A model generated the notes under the pieces. The model saw nothing but the letters and a program-made list of their open reading frames with translations, was not told the origin of the DNA and made no database searches. Below are positions 40,016 through 48,999 of a DNA stretch of 64,000 nt, in pieces; within the stretch, counting starts at the first letter, position 1; each line of letters begins with the position of its first letter. The position numbers and the translations under genes were made by a program. The stretch is from Candidatus Velthaea sp. Its GTDB lineage: Bacteria; Vulcanimicrobiota; Vulcanimicrobiia; Vulcanimicrobiales; Vulcanimicrobiaceae. The DNA lies in assembly GCA_965214935.1 (NCBI GenBank), contig CBDCCS010000016.1, positions 1 through 64,000 on the forward strand, given 5' to 3'.

Positions 40016-40834
40016 ATGCTCGAAGACGATATGTCCGACGTGTTGCGCAAGGCTCAGCGCGGAACGCGCGTCGATACCGCGATGCTCGCGCACCATTCGG
40101 GCATTGCAGCGACGGCGATCGCCGCATGGCTGAACGGTAACGGCGTGCCGACAGCCGACGAAGCACGCCGCATCGCACGCCCGCTCGGACTCGATCCGGA
40201 GAAACTTGCCGAACGTGCGTCCGACTTTTGGCAACCGCAGGTGGCGCTACCGGCGAATGTCCGGCATCATCCGCACGATCCGCATCCGTCCAACGGCTAT
40301 CTCTTTTTTCTCGACGACGGGAAGACCGCCGCGCTCATCGATCCCGCCGGCCTGCCCGCGACGATTTTAAATGCCATTGCCGACGGACCATACGCCCTAC
40401 GCTACATCCTCATCACGCACAAGCATGCCGATCATTGCGACGCCACCGCAGACGTCGCCCGGGCGTTTCCGCAAGCCGATATCGTTATGCATCGCTCGGA
40501 TGCTTTCGCCATCGGCGATCTCGCTTCGCGTGCGTTACCGATCGTCGATGGCGACGAATTGCCGTTCGGCCCGGACGCTGCAATCCGAATGCTGCACACG
40601 CCGGGTCATACGGATGGAAGTTCGTGTTTTCTTTTCCGCTCGACACTGTTCTCAGGTGATACTCTTTTTGCGGGCAGTGTCGGCGGTGCGTACGGCGACA
40701 TATCGACCTATGCCGACATTCTGCGAAGCGTACGCTTTAAATTATTTGCTCTCGACGATGCTACCGTGCTGCTGCCCGGCCACGGACCGCCGTCGACGAT
40801 CGCTCAGGAGAAAGCGCACAATCCGTTTTTCTAG
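40016..40834 (+). CDS. MBL-fold metallo-hydrolase with an N-terminal HTH-like extension
   Basis: MLEDD..DVLRKAQRG; THKHADH, TPGHT, SGDTLF, PGHGP, EKAHNPF. Confidence 0.88.
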   Translation: MLEDDMSDVLRKAQRGTRVDTAMLAHHSGIAATAIAAWLNGNGVPTADEARRIARPLGLDPEKLAERASDFWQPQVALPANVRHHPHDPHPSNGYLFFLDDGKTAALIDPAGLPATILNAIADGPYALRYILITHKHADHCDATADVARAFPQADIVMHRSDAFAIGDLASRALPIVDGDELPFGPDAAIRMLHTPGHTDGSSCFLFRSTLFSGDTLFAGSVGGAYGDISTYADILRSVRFKLFALDDATVLLPGHGPPSTIAQEKAHNPFF

Positions 40835-40846
40835 ACCAACGACCGC

Positions 40847-41125
40847 TCACTCGTAGGAAGAACGAATTTTCGATAGCAACGTCTTGGGTGTAGCAACGCG
40901 GCCGTCGGCAAGCAGCACATCGACGTCGTAATCCGGATAGACCTCATCGAAACGGCGGCGCTTCCAATCGGCAACGCTAAACGACGCGCGCGCAATTCTT
41001 TCGTGACTACGGGCGTAACTGCGAAGGTTGGTCTTAATCGGTTGTGATTTGGTCGTCGGGCGAATACGAACAGCAAATCCTTCAAACTGTTCGATTTCGG
41101 CAGCGACTCGATCTATACTCGGCAC
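40847..41125 (-). CDS. Small hypothetical protein
   Basis: 92-aa ORF, EGFAV..VADWK..RF..YPDYDVDVL..DG..L..IR..Y, looks protein-like. Confidence 0.65.
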   Translation of the reverse strand: MPSIDRVAAEIEQFEGFAVRIRPTTKSQPIKTNLRSYARSHERIARASFSVADWKRRRFDEVYPDYDVDVLLADGRVATPKTLLSKIRSSYE

Positions 41126-41460
41126 GTGGAGACTGTTTTGCAGTCTAGCCGTAATTGCCTTGAGAAAGTAAAGTTTTGCATACTAATTTAAAGCAGCTAA
41201 TTTGCACGTTAGATTTCGACTTTTGCAAACGAGCAACATATACCCGATTTCACGCACTAAATGCGACGCATATTCCACATTACGACTCATCTACGGTAAT
41301 TAGTTTCGCGCAACAGCCGGGTCTATTGCACTTGCTTTCTCTCATTTTTAACGAGTAATGCACGCGTGGCCGGTTCGGCCATCGTCGGCCGATCGGTCGC
41401 GGCACGTAAGCGCTTGCTATCCGGTTCCGGTCACGCAACGGCGCAGGCGCGCGAGATGCT

Positions 41461-42222
41461 TTAGGTACGCAACTTGTAGCCGCGCGCCGTCATTACCAAC
41501 GCGATCGTAACCGCAGCAGCGGCAAGCGCCGTCACGATTGTAAGCGACAAAGCGAGCGGGACATCGCTGTGGCCGGTATAGCTATAGCGAAACGCATCGA
41601 TCATGTGAAACATCGGATTGAATAGTGAAATACGCTGCACGAGCGGCGGCAAAAATTGAATTGAGGTAAAAACCCCGCCGACGAAAACCAGCGGCGTAAT
41701 GGCGAATGTCGTCAACGTCGCAATGTGATCGAACTTTTCGGCCATGAGTCCGAAGATGATGCCCAACGCCGAAAATAAGGTGGCGACCAGCACCAGAACG
41801 AGCGCATACAAGGCCCAATTGAGCGGCATTGTGTGGACGAACACGATGCCTAAAATGGTGATGAGCGCCGCGATGAACAGTGCGCGTAAAACGCCGGAAA
41901 CGATGTAGCCGGCAACGATCTCGACAGCCGAAAGCGGCGCGATGAGCAGTTCCTGTATTGATTGCATGAACCGGCCCTGAAAGACCGAGCTCGAACTTTC
42001 CCCGTACGTGCCGTCGATAACTTGCAGCATGATCAAACCCGGGATGAGAAAAGTCGCATACGATACGCCTTGCACGGTTTTGATACGGCTGCCCAGCGCT
42101 AAGCCGAACACGAATACGTATAACAGCGTCGTGATGACCGGCGGCCAGATGACCTGATTGATAATCGCGAACGTGCGCACGAGTTCGCGCTTAATCAGGG
42201 TTTGTAACCCGATTCGGTTCAA
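41461..42222 (-). CDS. ABC-2 transporter permease (YadH-like)
   Basis: Six TM segments, PGLIM, ELLIAP, GGVF, NPMF. Confidence 0.9.
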   Translation of the reverse strand: MNRIGLQTLIKRELVRTFAIINQVIWPPVITTLLYVFVFGLALGSRIKTVQGVSYATFLIPGLIMLQVIDGTYGESSSSVFQGRFMQSIQELLIAPLSAVEIVAGYIVSGVLRALFIAALITILGIVFVHTMPLNWALYALVLVLVATLFSALGIIFGLMAEKFDHIATLTTFAITPLVFVGGVFTSIQFLPPLVQRISLFNPMFHMIDAFRYSYTGHSDVPLALSLTIVTALAAAAVTIALVMTARGYKLRT

Positions 42223-42938
42223 CGCCGCGTCAATTCCAAGAAAACGTCCTGCAACGTACGGTCGCCGATGAGCCGGCTGGTCGTATCGAGCGCGACGAGC
42301 CTTCCGGCTTCAATTATACCCAGCCGATCGCATAATTCTTGTGCTTCTTCGAGATAGTGCGTGGTCAGGACGATCGTGGTTCCGGCGGCGTTTAATTCTT
42401 TGAGGAACGCCCATAACTCGAGCCGCAACTCGACATCGACGCCGGCCGTCGGCTCGTCGAGAATCAATAATCGCGGCTCATGAATCAACGCCCGCGCCAG
42501 CGTTAAGCGGCGTTTCATACCGCCCGACAGGCGGATGTACGTCTCTTTCGCCTTACTGGACAGGCCGAAGCGCTCGAGCAAATCGTCGGCACGTTTTTGC
42601 ACTGCCGCGCCATTGAAACCGTAATAGCCCGCTTGATAGATGAGAACGTCGCGAATGTTGAGATACCGGTCGAAATTATATTCTTGGGGCGCTAGGCCGA
42701 CGGTCACCCGCGCTGCGCGCCAGTCGTGCACGACATCGTGACCGAAAAGTTCGATCGAACCGCCGCTGATCGAGCTCAAGCCGACCATCGCATTGATGGT
42801 CGACGTTTTGCCCGCGCCGTTTGGTCCGAGTAGGCCGAAAAAGGCGCCGTCTTCAACGTCGAGAGAAATACCGTCGACGGCGGTAAACGAGCCGTAGCGC
42901 TTGATGAGCGATGAAATGCGGATGGCCGGAACGTTCAT
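42219..42938 (-). CDS. ABC transporter ATP-binding protein (YadG-like)
   Basis: GPNGAGKT, LSGGMKRR, ILDEPTAGVD, TTHY. Confidence 0.95.
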   Translation of the reverse strand: MNVPAIRISSLIKRYGSFTAVDGISLDVEDGAFFGLLGPNGAGKTSTINAMVGLSSISGGSIELFGHDVVHDWRAARVTVGLAPQEYNFDRYLNIRDVLIYQAGYYGFNGAAVQKRADDLLERFGLSSKAKETYIRLSGGMKRRLTLARALIHEPRLLILDEPTAGVDVELRLELWAFLKELNAAGTTIVLTTHYLEEAQELCDRLGIIEAGRLVALDTTSRLIGDRTLQDVFLELTRR

Positions 42939-43651
42939 AGCGCAGCTTCCGCCAGCGCTTTATAGCGATGCCGCCGCAAGACGGTGATGCACCGCCGGGC
43001 ATCGGGCATCGAACTACGTTCGAGTTGCTCGACCACTCGGTCCACGTCGAAGGGGACGCGCCGCGAACGATGCGACCAGCCGCCGGGGCGCTCGCAAAAA
43101 ATTGAATAGTGCGCGCGCGGATCGCCGTCTTTCGGTAAGCCGGCCGACGCGACGCAGCTCAGCAATTTCCCGCGCCACGTGCGGACGTACGGCAAATGCA
43201 GATGGCCGAACGCGAACGCTGCGGCGTTTACGTCGCCGAAGAGCCGTTCGAGCTGTGCCTCATCGGCGTTCGGCCACACATGTTCGTCATCGTTTTTCGG
43301 GTTGGCATGTGCGATGACAAGCGCGTTGTTTTCGGGGCCGATGCGGTACTGCTGCGGCAATTCGCCGAGCCAGCGCGTCCATGCCGGGCCGATCCGCGCT
43401 CGTTGCCACGCAATTGCCGCTTCGTCCGCGGTGTCTTCGCCGGACGAGATGTACCGATCGGTATTGCCGCGCAAGCAACGAGCGCCGACCTCGCGGAGCC
43501 GTTTGAGCACGCCTTTGGGTTTCGGCCCATCCATGCATAAATCGCCGGCTACTACGATTTCATCCGCGCCGCCTTGCGCGGCCAAGTCGTCCAGACAAGC
43601 ATTCAATCCGACGGTATTACCGTGGATGTCGGACAGAACGGCGATGCGCAT
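42935..43651 (-). CDS. Metallophosphoesterase (YfcE-like)
   Basis: SDIHGN, GD, RGNTD, H, GHLH. Confidence 0.9.
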   Translation of the reverse strand: MRIAVLSDIHGNTVGLNACLDDLAAQGGADEIVVAGDLCMDGPKPKGVLKRLREVGARCLRGNTDRYISSGEDTADEAAIAWQRARIGPAWTRWLGELPQQYRIGPENNALVIAHANPKNDDEHVWPNADEAQLERLFGDVNAAAFAFGHLHLPYVRTWRGKLLSCVASAGLPKDGDPRAHYSIFCERPGGWSHRSRRVPFDVDRVVEQLERSSMPDARRCITVLRRHRYKALAEAAL

Positions 43652-43661
43652 ACGCTCGACG

Positions 43662-44510
43662 CTAACGGCGCTTGGTTGCAAGAACGAGCGAAAACGGTCC
43701 CGCTCCGGCCTTGCCGTACTCCCACAAATCGATTGCTTCGACGGAAATTTTTGCTTGACGCAACAATTTTAAGCTCTCGCGAAAGCGTAGGTTAGCAATG
43801 ACTCGGCGATTACCGAGTGCCAAAAGTCCGGCGGCATACTCTTCGCCGCGCGGCACCGCAATCAGTTGCACGCCAACGAGCGGCCCGGTATCGATAAGCT
43901 CGGCGGCGACTATAGCGGTATCGCCCGCAACAAAGCTGAGCACGTTGCGCAACCGAAGAACGGCCGGCGCAAGCGCGAGTTCGACGACGCGGAGATTCTG
44001 CGTGCGGGCAAACTCTGCAAGCTGGCCGCGCCCCAGTGCGTTCGAGCGTGCGCGTAAACCGCCGCCGGGACGTGATACCCCGACGTAGAGTGTCTCGCCG
44101 CTGCGAGTCACATCCATGGCATCGAGCAAACCGGGTGCCGTAATACGACCGGCGATCGGTATGCCCGAGCGGCTCAATGCCGCCTCGATCGCGGGTACTT
44201 CCGCGCGCCGCTCGACGGACCCCGGACGAGCGATGACTGCGCCCTGCGGCAAGATGATTGCCCCGTCGGCAATGAGTGCCTCGGCACTACTTGCAAGCAC
44301 CGGTTCGAGCTCGGTAACGGCGACGCCGCGGTCGCGCAGCGTGCGCACCAGAATCGCGTGTTGCTCGATCGCGCGCTCGCCGATCGGACTCGGCTCGCCG
44401 TGAACGGGGACGAGCCGGTCGACCGCCGTCGACGGCCGCATGACGATAGCCGCTACAAGAATCCCCGCATCATCGGCGGCGGAAAGTCCCTCGATCGGCT
44501 TGGGCATCAC
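43662..44510 (-). CDS. DDAH/arginine-deiminase-family protein with degenerate active site
   Basis: AIEQH, RPG..RRAE, RSN..G, EEYAA, EYGKAGAG fold motifs; catalytic Cys and His positions substituted. Confidence 0.75.
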   Translation of the reverse strand: MMPKPIEGLSAADDAGILVAAIVMRPSTAVDRLVPVHGEPSPIGERAIEQHAILVRTLRDRGVAVTELEPVLASSAEALIADGAIILPQGAVIARPGSVERRAEVPAIEAALSRSGIPIAGRITAPGLLDAMDVTRSGETLYVGVSRPGGGLRARSNALGRGQLAEFARTQNLRVVELALAPAVLRLRNVLSFVAGDTAIVAAELIDTGPLVGVQLIAVPRGEEYAAGLLALGNRRVIANLRFRESLKLLRQAKISVEAIDLWEYGKAGAGPFSLVLATKRR

Positions 44511-44549
44511 GGGTCTCGAGCGTTCGTCATCGAGCGCCGGGTTCCCAGG

Positions 44550-46025
44550 TTACACGGCTGCCGGCGGCGCCGGCTCGAGTCGCTCGAAGGCCGTACGCAA
44601 GCGTGCAACGCCCGTTTCGAGCGCTGCGCGATCCAAGTCGCCGAACGATAATCGCAGCGCCGGCGGACCGCTACGGGTGGGATAATAGGGGTCAGCCGGC
44701 ATAACGAGCACGCCTTCACGCGCGCAAGCGTCGAAGGCCGCTTGCGTCGACACGCGCGCCGGCAACGGCAACCAAAGACTGGTCCCGGCCTCGGGTGGCA
44801 CGATCGTCGCCCAGGGTAGAGCCGCCGCTAGGAGATCGACGAAGTAATCGCGGCGCGCGCGGTACAACGTCCGCGCGGCTTTAATATGCCGCCCGTAGGC
44901 CGGCGATTCGATGAAGCGCCACAACGCGCGCTGCGTCAACGTCGACGTGAAGCTGTCGGTCCGGATTTTTGCCGCCTCGATTGCATCGCGCATCCCGCCG
45001 CGCACGAGGAGATAACCAACCCGCAACGCCGGAAAAATCGACTTTGACAAACTCTCCATCAACACGACGCGACCGTCGGCGTCATGTGCGCAAAGCGGCG
45101 GCGGCGCGGTTCGTTCGTAGGTAAAATTCCAACCGGTTTGATCTTCGAGGATGACGACGTCGTAACGCCGGGCCAACGCGACGATGAGCTTGGCGCGGCG
45201 TGCCGGCAAGACCGCTCCGGTCGGATTTTGCGCGATCGGCGCGATGTAGAACAAGCGTGGCCGGAACTCGGCGAAAACGCGCTCGAGATCATCCACGCGG
45301 ACGCCCTCGGCGTCGCTTTGGACTTCGACGTACGTTGCACCGCGCGCATCGAAAACGCCCAAGGTGCCGGGATACGTCGGTGCCTCAGCCGCCACGACGG
45401 CGCCCGGGCCGAGCAGGACGCCGGCAATTAAATCGGCGGCTTGTTGCGCACCGGACGTCACGATGACGTCCTCGGCGAGTGCCGGACATCCGCGCCCGCG
45501 CAGACCGCGTGCAAGGGCGGCGCACAAATCCGGGTCGCCCGTGTGCGCACGGTACTGCATGGCTTGCGGCGGGTCGACGGCGAGCGTCTCCTGCATGGCG
45601 CGACTAAATTCGGCCAACGGAAATGTCTCGGGCGCCGGATGTCCGGTAGCGAACGAGACCGCGCCGGGCGCCGTGGCCCGCACGAGCCGGTCGAGCACGC
45701 CTTCCATACGCTCGGAGCGAGCGAGGCGCCCGAGATCCGGTTCCCAGTTCGGGCGAAACGCCGCCGGCGTTGCGGCCGCGGGTTGCGTCGAGACAAACGT
45801 TCCGCGGCCGACGCGTGCGATGACGCGACCGCGCGCCGCGAGCATATCGTAGGCTTGTGACACCGTCACGAGCGCACAATCCAATTCGGCGGCAAGCGTT
45901 CGCATCGCGGGTAATTGAGCGCCCGGCCGAAGATCGCCCGACTGCATTGCGATCGCCAGCGCGTCGGCAATCTGAACGTAAAGCGGTCGTCGATCGCGCG
46001 CGTTCAGCGCGATTGACGGGATCAC
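44550..46025 (-). CDS. MocR/GabR-family regulator (GntR HTH + PLP aminotransferase domain)
   Basis: PLYVQIA, LPAMRTLA, TVSQAY, GRGTFV; GAQQA, QNPTG, SLSKSIFPALRVG; GTG 46025 overlaps the upstream stop. Confidence 0.92.
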   Translation of the reverse strand: MIPSIALNARDRRPLYVQIADALAIAMQSGDLRPGAQLPAMRTLAAELDCALVTVSQAYDMLAARGRVIARVGRGTFVSTQPAAATPAAFRPNWEPDLGRLARSERMEGVLDRLVRATAPGAVSFATGHPAPETFPLAEFSRAMQETLAVDPPQAMQYRAHTGDPDLCAALARGLRGRGCPALAEDVIVTSGAQQAADLIAGVLLGPGAVVAAEAPTYPGTLGVFDARGATYVEVQSDAEGVRVDDLERVFAEFRPRLFYIAPIAQNPTGAVLPARRAKLIVALARRYDVVILEDQTGWNFTYERTAPPPLCAHDADGRVVLMESLSKSIFPALRVGYLLVRGGMRDAIEAAKIRTDSFTSTLTQRALWRFIESPAYGRHIKAARTLYRARRDYFVDLLAAALPWATIVPPEAGTSLWLPLPARVSTQAAFDACAREGVLVMPADPYYPTRSGPPALRLSFGDLDRAALETGVARLRTAFERLEPAPPAAV

Positions 46026-46708
46026 TTCATGTCGAGCCGGTAGCCGATTCCCCGAACGCTCGAGATTTGCAAGGTCGCATCGACCTCGGCGAGTTTCTTG
46101 CGCAATGCCGCCACATGGACGTCGACAACGCGCGTCGGTACACCGGAAACGTCGTTCCATACGCGTTCGAGAATCTGAGCGCGCGTCAACAGCTTGCCTT
46201 CGGCTTCGCCGAGAAACCACAACAGCCGAAACTCGAGTGCCGTGAGGGTAACGCCTTTGCCGCCGTTTTCCAACGTATGAAAATCGCGGACGAGAGCCGC
46301 AGTACCGATTTGCAGCCGGCCGTCATTATCACTTTTGCGCGACCGTTCGCGCCGGCGCAAAAACGACTGGACGCGCGCGACGAGTTCACTACCGGAGAAT
46401 GGTTTTGCGATGTAATCATCGGCGCCTAAGCCCAGACCTTTGAGTACGTCGCCTTCGCTCGAATGCGCGCTGACCATGAGGATGAACGCATCGCTGGAGT
46501 TGGCGAGCGACGTACAGACATCGAGCCCTGAAATGTCAGGTAATTCAACGTCGAGCAAAACGACGGCCGGTTTAAACTGCGGCTCGGTCTCGAGACCGGC
46601 AGCGCCCGTCGGCGCGACTTTAATCTCAAACCCGGCGCGTTCGAGCAGCGTCCGCTCGAACATCGCGACTTCCGGATCGTCTTCGATAATTAACACGCGG
46701 TCAGACAT
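46022..46708 (-). CDS. OmpR-family response regulator
   Basis: IIEDD, LLDVELP, GADDYIAKPF, LTALEFRLL, VDVHV..LRKKL, VRGIGY. Confidence 0.94.
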   Translation of the reverse strand: MSDRVLIIEDDPEVAMFERTLLERAGFEIKVAPTGAAGLETEPQFKPAVVLLDVELPDISGLDVCTSLANSSDAFILMVSAHSSEGDVLKGLGLGADDYIAKPFSGSELVARVQSFLRRRERSRKSDNDGRLQIGTAALVRDFHTLENGGKGVTLTALEFRLLWFLGEAEGKLLTRAQILERVWNDVSGVPTRVVDVHVAALRKKLAEVDATLQISSVRGIGYRLDMK

Positions 46709-46847
46709 GCATCCCCTTTGCGGCGGCGGCGGCGATTCGGATTCGTCGACCTGAAGGAAGCCGCCGCACAAGACCTCGTACCATTGCCGTGTCGCAGACG
46801 GCAGCCGCAACGGTCTCGACAACGCCGACACTCGAAGCTACGGACAT
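46701..46847 (-). CDS. Putative 48-aa leader/small protein
   Basis: AGGGAAAG RBS before the ATG; stop overlaps the response-regulator start by 8 nt. Confidence 0.4.
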   Translation of the reverse strand: MSVASSVGVVETVAAAVCDTAMVRGLVRRLPSGRRIRIAAAAAKGMHV

Positions 46848-47029
46848 ATGGTCTTTCCCTTGTCCATAAAGCCGATTGGTCCCTCGCACAGAACTTATTC
46901 CAACCATCTTCGGTCGCGCGTATTTCATCGTCGCAATTTCAGACGCGCCACTAAATAACGTTGCATCGATATCACAAGCTGCTCGTTTTACCCGGCGGTC
47001 TAAGCGACTTGACAACCGAATGGCAGCGC

Positions 47030-47899
47030 ATGCACGACAACGATGACTTTCACAGTGGACTGCAAGCGCTTGAATCGCTGATTGCCGCCGATCGATCGGA
47101 CTCGACGATCGATGCACGCTGTGTGCCGCGCGTACGCCATCACGGACACGCGACCGATCGTGCCGTCGTACTCTTCCACGGTTTCACGAATTGCCCGCAG
47201 CAATTTGCCGAACTTGCCGAATTGTTGTTTGCGCGCGGCTTCAACGTGTACGTGCCGCGCTTACCGCGGCACGGTCTGACGGACAAACTTACAACTGCGC
47301 TCGATGCTTTGACCGTCGCAGAGCTAATCGAGTCCGCGAGCGCGGCCGTATTGCTCGCTGCTCCGCTCGCGCGCCGGCTGACGGTTATGGGTTTGTCACT
47401 TGGAGCGACGATGGTTGCTTGGATAGCTCAAACGCAAGCAATCGAAGCGGCGATTGCAATCGCACCGTTCTTTTCCGTTGCGCACGTCCCGTCGCTTTTA
47501 GAACCGGCACTTGCCGGCACGCTCGAGGCGGTGCCGAATCTCGAGTTATGGTGGGATCCGCGCAAACGGGCCGCTGCCGGACCCGATTACGGGTACCCCC
47601 GCTTCTCCACCCGCGCCTTGGCCCGTTGTCTGCAACTCGGCGCACGGACTCGCGACCTTGCACGCACGGACGCGCCGCGCGCCCAACGCTGCACGCTTGT
47701 CCTCAACGTCAAAGATCCGGCAATCGACAATGCTGCCGCGCGCGACGTCTTTGCACTTTGGCGCCGGCATGCGGCTCGGGCCGATACATACGCGTTCGCA
47801 AATCTCGATGCGCGGCACGATATCGTCGACCCGCAAACGTATCCGCAAGCACGCACGCTCGTCTATCCCGTTTTGCTTGAATTGATCGATCGCGCGTAA
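47030..47899 (+). CDS. Alpha/beta hydrolase (carboxylesterase-like)
   Basis: FHGFT, PRHG, GLSLG nucleophile elbow, D and H triad candidates. Confidence 0.85.
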   Translation: MHDNDDFHSGLQALESLIAADRSDSTIDARCVPRVRHHGHATDRAVVLFHGFTNCPQQFAELAELLFARGFNVYVPRLPRHGLTDKLTTALDALTVAELIESASAAVLLAAPLARRLTVMGLSLGATMVAWIAQTQAIEAAIAIAPFFSVAHVPSLLEPALAGTLEAVPNLELWWDPRKRAAAGPDYGYPRFSTRALARCLQLGARTRDLARTDAPRAQRCTLVLNVKDPAIDNAAARDVFALWRRHAARADTYAFANLDARHDIVDPQTYPQARTLVYPVLLELIDRA

Positions 47900-48654
47900 T
47901 GCGTATCGCGGTAACCGGCGCCCAAGGCATGATCGGTTCACGCCTCGCCGCGAATTTAGCGGCCGACCACGAAGTCGTGCGGCTCGATCGCGCCGATGCG
48001 GATATCTTGCAGCCGGCCGCACTCGAGGCGGCGCTGTGCAATTGTGACGCCGTCGTGCACCTGGCGGCAGGCCTGCTGGGTGACGGCGGCTGGGACGACG
48101 TTTGGGACGTGAACTTACTCGGGCTGCGCAACGTGTTCGAGGTTGCGCTTCACGTCGGCTGCCGGCGTGTCATATTCGGCAGCTCGCTGCATGTCATGGG
48201 CATGTACGAAGACGAAGGCCGGCCGGCTATTTATGCTCCGCTCGGCGGGACGGTGCTGCGGACCGAGACCGCGCCGCGGCCCGGCAATCCGTACGCAGTG
48301 ACTAAGGCGTGCGGCGAAATACTCGCACGTTATTACAGCGACGCCTTTAATCTCAACGTTGCGTGCGTGCGCATCGGTACGATGAACGCCGCCGACAAGC
48401 CGGACGCGCCGGACGTGCGAATTGCGCACCGGCTGCAAAGCCTCAGCCCGGCGGAGCGCCAAGCACGGGCCCGATCGAAATGGTTTTCGCACGCCGATTT
48501 TGCCCGGCTCGTGCGCGCAATACTGGCTGCGAACGTTCGGTTCGGTATCGTCTACGGAGTCGGCGATAACGCCGGCCGATTCGTGGATCTTGAGGCCGGC
48601 CGCGCATTGTACGGCTTCTGGCCGCAGGACGGCGTGCGCGTCGAACGATCGTGA
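47899..48654 (+). CDS. NAD-dependent epimerase/dehydrogenase (uronate dehydrogenase-like)
   Basis: TGAQGMIG, HLAA, SS.H, YAVTK, VRIG. Confidence 0.85.
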   Translation: MRIAVTGAQGMIGSRLAANLAADHEVVRLDRADADILQPAALEAALCNCDAVVHLAAGLLGDGGWDDVWDVNLLGLRNVFEVALHVGCRRVIFGSSLHVMGMYEDEGRPAIYAPLGGTVLRTETAPRPGNPYAVTKACGEILARYYSDAFNLNVACVRIGTMNAADKPDAPDVRIAHRLQSLSPAERQARARSKWFSHADFARLVRAILAANVRFGIVYGVGDNAGRFVDLEAGRALYGFWPQDGVRVERS

Positions 48655-48999
48655 TGACGACCGACGGCCAAACGCCTTCGTAAAGCGATATATTGACGAC
48701 GCGCGGCCCGATGACGTTGGCTTCATTGGTATTAGCTTGCCGTCCAACGAAGAGTCGCCCGACGCCCGTGTCTTCGGTGTCTAGCGAGTCGCTCTGAACG
48801 TTTGAGCGTATCAATTGCTTAACCCGCCGTATTGCGTTGCATATTAATCAAAGCGGTCCGCTAACCGACACTGCTTATATCGGTGGAGTACGTTAACAGC
48901 GCCAAATGAACTCGCTTCAACGGCCGCCGTCGCGATAACGCCGAGACAAGGTAGCGACATCGTTAGACAGTCGCTCTCTGTTTGTTATGGAGCGACGCG

